Assembly: GCF_964204645.1 (NCBI RefSeq)
Contig: NC_134030.1
Location: forward strand, 8,769,222 to 8,833,221
Direction: 5' to 3'
DNA: 64,000 bases
Source: Tubulanus polymorphus
Lineage: Eukaryota; Animalia; Nemertea
The first letter of the stretch is position 1, and each line of letters starts with the position of its first letter. Below are positions 54,081 to 64,000 of the stretch, one piece after another. The notes beneath the pieces are model-generated. The model was given only the letters and a program-made list of their open reading frames with translations. It did not search any database and was not told where the DNA came from. The position numbers and the translations under genes are program-made.

Positions 54081-55682
54081 GGCTATGGTGGCTTTTCCTT
54101 TTTTGTGAAAAGTCAAAACGGTTTGGCATCCGTTGCCTCCAGATGCCTGGGTAGTGGGACCTAATAGCCCGGTAAGGCAGCCCACTAGGAGAAGGGAGCT
54201 CCGAATTCAAATCACCAGGCTATGGTGGCTTTTTTGTGGAAAGTCAAAACGGTTTGGCATCCGTTGCCTCCAGATGCCCGGGTAGTGGGACCCAATAGCC
54301 CGGTAAGGCAGCCCACTAGGAGAAGGGAACTCCGAATTCAAATCACCAGGCTATGGTGGCTTTTCTCTTTATTTGTGAAAAGTCAAAACGGTTTGGCATC
54401 CGCTGCCTCCAGATGCCCGGGTAGTGGGACCCAATAGCCCAGTAAGGCAGCCCACTAGGAGAAGGGAACTCCGAATTCAAATCACCAGGCTATGGTGGCT
54501 TTTTTGTGAAAATTCAAAACGGTTTGGCATCCGTTGCCTCTAAATGCCTGGGTAGTGGGACCCAATAGCGCGGTAAGGCAGCCCACTAGGAGAAGGGAAC
54601 TCCGAATTCAAATCACCAGGCTATGGTGGCTTTTTTGTGGAAAGTCAAAACGGTTTGGCATCCGTTGCCTCCAGATGCCTGGGTAGTGGGACCCAATAGC
54701 GCGGTAAGGCAGCCCACTAGGAGAAGGGAACTCCGAATTCAAATCACCAGGCTATGGTGGCTTTTTTGTGGAAAGTCAAAACGGTTTGGCATCCGTTGCC
54801 TCCAGATGCCTGGGTAGTGGGACCCAATAGCGCGGTAAGGCAGCCCACTAGGAGAAAGGAACTCCGAATTCAAATCACCAGGCTATGGTGGCTTTTTTGT
54901 GGAAAGTCAAAACGGTTTGGCATCCGTTGCCTCCAGATGCCCGGGTAGTGGGACCCAATAGCCCGGTAAGGCAGCCCACTAGGAGAAGGGAACTCCGAAT
55001 TCAAATCACCAGGCTATGGTGGCTTTTTGTGGAAAGTCAAAACGGTTTGGCATCCGTTGCCTCCAGATGCCCGGGTAGTGGGACCCAATAGCCCGGTAAG
55101 GCAGCCCACTAGGAGAAGGGAACTCCGAATTCAAATCACCAGGCTATGGTGGCTTTTTTGTGGAAAGTCAAAACGGTTTGGCATCCGTTGCCTCCAGATG
55201 CCCGGGTAGTGGGACCCGATAGCCCGGTAAAGCAGCCCACTAGGAGAAGGGAACTCCGAATTCAAATCACCAGGCTATGGTGGCTTTTTTGTGGAAAGTC
55301 AAAACGGTTTGGCATCCGTTGCCTCCAGATGCCCGGGTAGTGGGACCCGATAGCCCGGTAAAGCAGCCCACTAGGAGAAGGGAACTCCGAATTCAAATCA
55401 CCAGGCTATGGTGGCTTTTTTGTGGAAAGTCAAAACGGTTTGGCATCCGTTGCCTCCAGATGCCTGGGTAGTGGGACCCAATAGCCCGGTAAGGCAGCCC
55501 GCTAGGAGAAGGGAACTCCGAATTCAAATCACCAGGCTATGGTGGCTTTTCCCTTTTTTGTGAAAAGTCAAAACGGTTTGGCATCCATTACTTCCAGATG
55601 CCCGGGTAGTGGGACCCAATAGCCCGGCAAGGCAGCCCACTAGGAGAAGGGAACTCCGAATTCAAAACACCAGGCTATGGTG
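54081..55682 (+). repeat. Tandem array of 12 ~131-bp units with strong RNA-structure potential
   Basis: Unit starts at 54081, 54218, 54349, 54488, 54619, 54750, 54881, 55012, 55142, 55273, 55404 and 55535, with a 10-nt partial at 55673. Confidence 0.97.
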
Positions 55683-56640
55683 TAATGTCGAAATGGTTAC
55701 TGCAAAAATCCATTTCTACATAACAATGATTTATTTTTGTCATGAATATCGCTTCTTTATTTTTTTTGAGAAGGTCACTCTAAACCTGCACCCACGTAGA
55801 TCGCTAACTGATGGCATGTTTCCACCGAGTTGGCCTGTTTTCGCGTGGGTGTGAAAATTGGATGGTACCATTTAATCCAATGCATGTCTGACTTAGATGC
55901 GCTGTCGAACTGTGCAAAGGGTGAATCATTAACAAGGCCTGTTAATGGTCATCCATTTGACAAGTGAAGCCCTGAAACTACAAGCTCTCTCAGACTAGTT
56001 CTTTTTCTAAATTTTTCGATTTCTTTAAATGTTTTTACATTTTTTTAAAAGTCTATTGTATATATGATAACAACTCTAAGACGGTTGCGAATACTTGGAT
56101 GTTTAATAAGTACGTGTAAATAACTAATGTTATTCAATGTTTGGTCGGTACGTGAATGACGGCGTAGTTCATTTGTTTCGGTGCAGTACATGTGTAACAT
56201 TAACTTGGGCAGGGTTTTTGTTGCTCATATCGACACCTAATTATTTCCTCCGCTTTCGGTAAACACTGTCATCTAGTAAAGCCAAACGAATATTAGATAC
56301 AAGTGCAATAAAAGAGATTTTTGTTGGAAAGGAAAAGTGCGATCGACAAAAAAAACTTGGGCATAGTTTTTCATCACTTCGCAACTAGCCTAAATTAGCG
56401 AAACATAAAGGATGTGTGTCGTGCTTTCTGAAGATAACTAATCAAATTTTGCCAAGAAATCCATAAATCGGCCATGCATGTATCAATTCTCAACACATGT
56501 CTATTAAAAGATAGAATCTCTAAAATGAAGTGTACTCTGAAATAAGTAAATAAATGTACGTTGTATGGCAAAATGTTGCCCCCCTGGGGAAGGGTCAATG
56601 TTTTATCACGGAACTGGGCACTGATATTTCCGGTAAGTAC

Positions 56641-58335
56641 CTGCACAGGCATTTGGGGTCCCACTCCGAGAGCCATTGGGCAGACATCTCGGTGTGATGA
56701 GCTAGCCCCAGGAGCCGCTGCACGGACATTGAAGCCCCACTCCGAGAGCCATTGGGCAGGCATCTCGGAGTGACAAGCTAGCCCCAGGAGCCACTGCACA
56801 GGCATTTGGGGTCCCACTCCAAGAGCCATTGGGCAGGCGTCTCGGAGTGACGAGTTAGCCCCAGGAGCCACTGCACAGGCATTTGGGGTCCCACTCCGAG
56901 AGCCATTGGGCAGGCGTCTCGGAGTGACGAGTTAGCCCCAGGAGCCACTGCACAGGCATTTGGGGTCCCACTCCGAGAGCCATTGGGCAGGCGTCTCGGA
57001 GTGACGAGTTAGCCCCAGGAGCCACTGCACAGGCATTTGGGGTCCCACTCCGAGAGCCATTGGGCAGGCATCTCGGTGTGACGAGCTAGCCCCAGGAGCC
57101 GCTGCACAGGCATTTGGGGTCCCACTCCGAGAGCCATTGGGCAGGCATCTCGGTGTGACGAGCTAGCCCCAGGAGCCGCTGCACAGGCATTTGGGGTCCC
57201 ACTCCGAGAGCCATTGGACAGGCATCTCGGTGTGTCGAGCTAGCCCCAGGAGCCACTGCACGGATATTGAGGCTCAACTCCGAGAGCCATTGGGCAGGCG
57301 TCTCAGAGTGATGAGCTAGCCCCAGGAGCCGCTGCACAGGCATTTGGGATCTCACTCCGAGAGCCATTGGGTAGGCATCTCGGTGTGACGAACTAGCCCC
57401 AGGGGCCGCTGCACAGGCATTTGGGGTCCCACTCCGAGAGCCATTGGGCAGGCATCTCGGTGTGACGAGCTAGCCCCAGGAGCCACTGCACGGACATTGA
57501 GGCTCCACTCCGAGAGCCATTGGGCAGGCGTCTCGGAGTGACGAGCTAGCCCCAGGAGCCGCTGCACAGGCATTTGGGGTCCCACTCCGAGAGCCATTGG
57601 GTAGGCATCTCGGTGTGACGAGCTAGTCCCAGGAGCCGCTGCACAGGCATTTGGGGTCCCACTCCGAGAGCCATTGGACAGGCATCTCGGTGTGACGAGC
57701 TAGCCCCAGGAGCCACTGCACGGACATTGAGGCGCCACTCCGAGAGCCATTAGGCAGGCGTCTCGGAGTGACGAGCTAGCCCCAGGAGCCGCTGCATAGG
57801 CATTTGGGGTCTCACTCCGAGAGCCATTGGGTAGGCATCTCGGTGTGACGAGCTAGCTCTAGGAGCCGCTGCACAGGCATTTGGGGTCCCACTCCGAGAG
57901 CCATTGGGCAGGCATCTCAGTGTGACGAGCTAGCCCCAGGAGCCGCTGCACAGGCATTTGGGGTCCCACTCCGAGAGCCATTGGACAGGCATCTCGGTGT
58001 GACGAGCTAGCCCCAGGAGCCACTGCACGGACATTGAGGCTCCACTCCGAGAGCCATTGGACAGGCATCTCGGAGTGACGAGCTATCCCCAGGGGTCGCT
58101 GCGAGGATAATTTGGGTCCCACTCCGAGAGCCGTTGGACAGGCATCTCGGTGTGACGAGCTAGCCCCAGGAGCCACTGCACAGGCATTTGGGTCTCACTC
58201 CGAGAGCCATTCGACAGGCATCTCGGTGTGACGAGCTAGCCCCAGGAGCCGCTGCACAAGCATTTGGGGTCCTACTCCGAGAGCCATTTGACAGGCATCT
58301 CGGAGTGACGAGCTAGCCCTAGGAACCGCTGCACT
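56641..58335. repeat. Tandem array of ~22 76/77-bp hairpin units with higher-order structure
   Basis: Unit GCACAGGCATTTGGGGTCCCACTCCGAGAGCCATTGGGCAGGCATCTCGGTGTGACGAGCTAGCCCCAGGAGCCGCT. A 76-bp variant (CGGACATTGAGGCT) recurs, three times at 230-bp spacing. Confidence 0.97.
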
Positions 58336-59953
58336 AGCATCCAGGGCTACCCTGTGAGTCATTTGTCAGCCATCCACGGGCTGGAGCACTATTGTTCTTA
58401 GTGCCACTATCGCCACGAGGAGTTTGGGTAAGAGCCCATGGGAGGAAGGATCATGAACCAGAGAGGTTCTTATCATCAGTGCTCACCTCCAGTGAACCGC
58501 CGGTCGATACTGGTTCTTTTGTGAACGAAATCGATACATGTAATGGCCAGATGGACCGAGAAAGCACGGCCTAAGTCACTAAGCAATGAATATATGTAAT
58601 GAATTAATGAAGATTGGTGAAATATTGTAAAATACGAATATATTGTAAAATCAAAAATTATGTATATTGTCACGATGACAAACTAAAGAGGAAGCTCGCC
58701 GATCAATTCGGTACAAAAGGAAGCGACTGTCGTTCAGAGAATGCGCGATCATTCTCGCTGTGGTCAAAAGTAGCTCCAACTATTCATTTCTTCGCCACTG
58801 ATTCGAAACTAGAACGGCGGATCCGAGCAGCCACCCGGCATCCTCAAGTGCACACTGGCGACGAGGACGGCTTAATGATTGGTAAAAAATCTACACGTCA
58901 TCGTAAACCGGACCCCTCGGTGATTGAGGCACGCTCGACAACTCATGGTAAGTTATTCCATGATTTTTTTAAATCTTAAAAAAAGCATTGTCCTTCTTAT
59001 TCATTTGATTAATCGATATTTATTCGATTTGAGTGTTATTTTCATTTGAAACCACCACAATACCTGCCGGGCCGAGAAACAGGAGGTTTGATTTTGAAAT
59101 CGGAAATCGAAGTACAACATGTACCAGTACCTGATCGGCGGTCGAATTTTCATAATGTTTTGCTTGCGACTATTTTAGCTGGTTTTTTTTGCATTTGGAA
59201 ATAACTATTATAGGATCATATTTTCCATTGTTCATATTTGTTGGCGTTTTCACGTGTAAATAGTCCGAAAGTTTATTGTAGGTTTTTGTCGAGCAATGTT
59301 GATGTAATAGTCTTCTTAGCGTCCTCTTAAGTTGTTTGCCCCGGTATGTTGACTAGTGCCGGTCCAGTTTTTTGAAAATTTCCTAGAATGGGTTTCAGTT
59401 TCTCTATCAGTTTTGACCATTTTATATCAGTTTTTTCGAAAAGAATTTGTGAGTCCACCATCGTCAAATCGTACTATCAAATTTGATTATGCCAGAGGCG
59501 TTTTTATCTAGATGTTGATTTGTCAAATCAATTTACCAAAGTAAATTCTGCACATGCCATTTACTACTTGATTTATCAAATCGATTCGGCTAATCACTGC
59601 ATTTATTCAAATAATGACTCAAATCGATTTGATAAATCAAGCAAATTGCTAGTGGAGCGATTTACTTGATTTGTCTAACTAATTTGAGTAGATTTAAATG
59701 GAGAGTAAAGATGGCGGAAAAGAATCAGAAAGTCTCCCAGCACTGGTTACTTATCCGCGCGTTTATCTAACTGCAAATCGATTTATCAAATCAGATTATA
59801 CGATTTTACAAAATCAAATTTAATTTGATGTGATAAATTCGCCTTAGATTTTAAAGCCCGTATACAAATTAGTATCGTGTGTACGTCCGTCCCGTAGCCC
59901 GGTGTTGTATTCCGTATTTTATGCTCTTGATTGAGCTGTTAAATAAGGTCAAA

Positions 59954-62900
59954 ATGGCGTCGCTGGTCAGGGCCGTGTCGCCAAAACTACTACAAAATGC
60001 AGTTTTACTGAATAAGTCGTGTTTGAACATCGTAAGGTAAGGGTTTATATGTTGAAAGCTTCATTTTAGGTAAGATTGCAACCAGCCTATGTTCCGCATA
60101 AATTCTTACAGGCGAAAAAATTCACCTCGGCTGACTGAATTCCTCCCAATCCCGAATCCGCGGGTTGTTGTTGTGGTTGTTACGTAAATAACGATTCGTA
60201 ATTTCTCAATAGGGTTTAGAACACAATGCTCTGTTTTTTAGGTGTGGTTCGGTATGGCATCCTGATAAAACGTATTATGATCAGTTCAAAGATCCCGTAA
60301 TGTATCCAGATGAGTTTACATCTAAATGGAAAAACCGGCCATTTAACGGTATGTTGGCCTACGGCTACACGCATTAGTACTAGTGGACTCCATCCACTCT
60401 TCAAGTCTGATTTCAGCAACCCTGAAGTGAACTTTACCCCAACCTTAAGTTGGGTTTTTTTCATCTAATATTTGTTTCTTAACCATTGATATAATGTCCA
60501 AATTATATTTGCCTACCATCCAATTCAGATGTCATCATTCTCTTGGGGGAATGCTTTGGTCATGAACATAATTTAACATTTCTTAGATTATGAATTAGGG
60601 GATGAATGATTTGTATGATTTTATAGAGAAAGCTGAAGTAATCGAGAAGGAAGTTCAAAACATTACGTTGAATTTCGGGCCTCAGCATCCAGCTGCTCAC
60701 GGAGTCTTGCGTTTAGTGCTTACCCTTGATGGTGAGGTGAGTTGAAGCGATAGAATTGTAGCCGTGTTGATGCCTGCATAGAACTACAGCGAGGGATTAG
60801 AGTAAAATTTAGGGTTATCGGTGACATTGAATTTGTGCTACTGAAAAACAAATGGTGGCATAAATGTATGAACTGCCTAATTTTCTGTGAACACATGTAC
60901 CCAGTTGCAGCGGCTTTGAAGTGAGTACATACGCTGGCCTAATGCAATTGGAACTTGCCCAGCAGCGACACTAGCCCCTATGTCAAAATTGGTATTATGG
61001 AATGCATGGAAATTCCAATACATCTTTTCGATCATTTCATCTGCCTATCTACATGTCCACTTGTTTCTAATGAGTGCTGTTAGAAATGGAAACTGGAATA
61101 TAACATATTTGTAACTATTTCAGACTGTCGTGAGAGCCGATCCGCACATAGGCTTACTCCATCGCGGAACTGAGAAACTGATCGAGTATAAAACATATCT
61201 ACAGGTCAGTATCACTGAATGCCGAAAACCGTTTTGTAAGTTACAAATGAAATCAATCATTTAGCATATACTCGTAATTTTGCCAAATCTGTCAAGCGAC
61301 AACATTGATCAATATAAGTATTATGAACTATTATTTTCAGGCAAATTTAAAATGTACACAATTTGCACCTGTTTATATTGCAGGCTTTACCTTATTTCGA
61401 TCGCTTGGACTATGTTTCGATGATGTGTAATGAGCAATGTTACTCGTTAGCCGTCGAGAGGTTATTGAACATAGAAGTTCCGGAACGCGCGAAATGGATC
61501 AGAAGTAAGTGCCGCTAGTTCCATCCCGGGGCATGGTAAGGTTATAACAGGGTTCTTGAAGGTTTTGGAAAGTTTTGGAAAATGCGAATCTTTTTCCAGG
61601 TGCTTGAAAAGCTGTGGAAATTTTGTTTCATTCTCTATAGCTATGGAGAAGGTATTGAAAATCAGAAAGTTGTCCCGAAATGTAATTTTCCTTCTATTTT
61701 GAATTTAAGGCGGTATTCCTAATTGTCTAAGAATTTTAACGACAGTAGGGAGTTGCTACTGTCGATAAAACCATTGTTCATAGCCACCATACATTTGATA
61801 AAGATATTTGTGAAAAAAACTTTGTTGATGGTATTGATAATTTACTAATGGCATTTATTTACTTTGAATGGGCCTGAGTTGTCTGTTCGAAGTTGATTTA
61901 GGGGTATGAAAAATTGATAATCTATGTATGGAAAAGGTAAAAAACCAGCCAACAAATTAGTTGTTGTAATCTGAATTTGAATTAAAAATGTGTTTCTGTT
62001 TGTTGTTGCAGCGTTGTTCGGGGAGATCACTCGTCTGCTGAATCACGTCATGGCCGTCGGTTGCCACGCGTTGGACGTCGGAGCGATGACGCCGTTTTTC
62101 TGGCTTTTCGAAGAGCGTGAGAAACTGTGCGAAATCTACGAGCGCGTTTCCGGCGCTCGCATGCACGCCGCTTACGTTCGCCCGGGAGGAGTGGCCTTGG
62201 TAAATATATAAAAGAAAAAATTGAAACGATCATTTTATGATTAATTGCTTTGGGGGCATGTACAGGGTGCAGGGTGTACTCTGATCTGGAAAACTCGGGG
62301 AATTCGAAGAATTTTACCAAAAACTGGAAAACTCTGGGAATTCAGATTAAGACTACGTGTTTCTTTATCAATACGTGATTCGATGAAAAATGAATGAATT
62401 GTAACATTTTAAACCTAGAAATTTCTCAGATTCACTTGGAGAATTTAGTGCAATCACTTGGAAAATTCAGGGGAAAGTTCGGGGCTTTGTAAATGGGTAA
62501 AAAGTGGTTGTTATGATGTAAATTTGATATGTAAAAATCATCAAATGCTATGCCAACTCAGCAAATTCTTTTTAACTCGGTGCATAATCTACCGGGGTAT
62601 TTGATAGATTCAGAAGACATTCACAATCCATGCCCCCAATAGTTGCTCAGCATGTTAAACTCGTATTATTGTATACTGTCTAGGATATGCCGCTCGGTTT
62701 AATGGATGATATTTACGAATGGATCGAGAAATTCGGTCAACGAATCGACGAAGTTCACGAACTGTTGTCGAATAACCGAATCTGGAAAGAGCGAACAATC
62801 GACATCGGTGTCATCTCGTCGGAGGAGGCGTTAAACTATGGCTTCAGGTATGTACAGCTGATCATCAGATGTTCCTAGACAATATTGATGAAAAAAAAGG

Positions 62901-63615
62901 CGCGAATTAGAAAAGAACAGGGTTCATACAGATCAAGGAATTCAGGAATATTTTTCCCTGCTGAAGAAAATCAAAGAATCTGGACTCCCGGCTTTTTCCT
63001 TTAAAGTCATGGAATTTCAGATTCACAGAAATTTTCCAAGTACAATTGTTTTGTATCTACTGCCATGCATACTCTAGGCAGCATGCTGTCTATTTATTAC
63101 CAGCACACCTATTATGCACACTGATTATTGTTCTGAAACCACTTCAATGATTGAGCAATAAAGAGACCGGCTACAGGTTGATACAATAACCATGGCTTGG
63201 TGTCATTTATAAAGAAAACAAACAGTTAAAGGTTTCAATGGAAGATTTTTAAGCGCTTAATGAGTTGCTTTTACGATTTTCAGTGGAGTGATGTTGCGCG
63301 GTTCCGGTATCAAGTGGGATCTCAGGAAATCGCAGCCGTACGATAACTACCACAAGGTCGATTTCGACGTTCCGATCGGAAAATCCGGAGACACATACGA
63401 CAGGTATGCGCACTATTCATCCAGTCGTTTCATAGTCGATTTCATCAGAAGCAAATTTAACGCTAGGAAGACGTATCGTTTCTAGGTATCTGTGTCGTAT
63501 GGAAGAGATGAGACAATCGATTCGAATTATACATCAGTGTTTGAATAAGATGACGCCTGGAGAAGTCCGTGTCGACGACGCTAAAGTATCTCCTCCTCGT
63601 AGAGGTGAAATGAAG
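59954..63615 (+). CDS. NDUFS2: NADH:ubiquinone oxidoreductase 49-kDa core subunit, 3'-partial; exons 59954-60036, 60242-60348, 60627-60736, 61124-61204, 61384-61504, 62012-62199, 62684-62847, 63284-63403, 63486-63615
   Basis: Mitochondrial presequence-like N-terminus, then [70 protein letters not shown] and GDTYDRYLCR. All junctions are phase-consistent. Confidence 0.98.
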
Positions 63616-64000
63616 GTTAGTTGAATCAAAAATTTGAAATGACACGCGTACACAAGTGCCTCGTACAAGGTCCCTACAACTCCTCGATTTCTTTGTATCT
63701 CCTTCTAAATTGAATTTTAAAAGAGTCAACATTAATTGGGTAGATTTTACAGTACAGTAAATTTTCTCTTTTGAAACACCTTACGATATTTTCTAGGAAT
63801 GACTTATCAGTAGAGGCCTTGTTCTTACAGAGTGGCCACTGGCCTGCAAAATAGGGAAAATTCATCTATGTCTTACATCTTTGACCGTGTAAAATCAAAT
63901 CAAAGTGGACCCTTAGTACGTGTAGTGTAGACTGGTCCGTGCGATGAACGCATTTCATGACAAAGGTTTCCTGTGCATCTGCCACATGGAGTTTATATCT

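Noticed and set aside
54130-54215. Twister or HDV-like ribozyme call for the 131-bp unit
   Set aside because: GGACCCAATAGCCCGGTAA resembles the twister P4 region and CTCCGAAT resembles the HDV J4/2, but the twister cleavage-site strand and the HDV P2/L3 elements could not be fitted.
54222-58176. Repeated ORFs in the 131-bp and 77-bp arrays; possible CRISPR-like array
   Set aside because: Unit lengths are not multiples of three, there are no unique spacers or cas genes, and the DNA is eukaryotic.
60740-60975. H/ACA RNA or telomerase RNA in NDUFS2 intron 3 (hairpins, TTAGGGTTA at 60809; also TAGGGTTAG at 41233)
   Set aside because: H and ACA boxes are not correctly placed relative to the hairpins, and the 9-nt telomeric matches lack an adjacent pseudoknot and can arise by chance.

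Overview
AT-rich, intron-containing animal genomic DNA, most likely from a marine invertebrate. Most ORFs in the supplied track are spurious; the real genes are spliced and were assembled by hand from GT-AG boundaries and phase matching. Five gene models are supported. (1) A 4-EF-hand calmodulin-like gene (+, 9422-12002). (2) RBM42 (-, 43378-13208, 7 exons, 407 aa), whose last intron is about 22.4 kb. (3) An unrecognised neuropeptide-precursor-like gene (+, 27491-30300, 143 aa) nested antisense in that intron. (4) An 11-exon secreted protein (-, 48887-44325, 595 aa) combining a Reeler domain with two anaphylatoxin-like modules. (5) NDUFS2 (+, from 59954, running off the window). The rest is rich in mobile DNA: Helentron-associated (HINE/pearl-like) elements, a 5'-truncated CR1 LINE, a foldback element with an 8-bp TSD, Harbinger, piggyBac and Tc1-type MITEs, and tRNA-derived SINEs. 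Three GC-rich tandem arrays have units with clear base-pairing potential. The best novelty candidates are the 12-copy 131-bp array with a putative multi-pseudoknot RNA fold, the nested neuropeptide precursor and the Reeler-anaphylatoxin protein. No searches or folding programs were run, so family calls rest on motif recognition.
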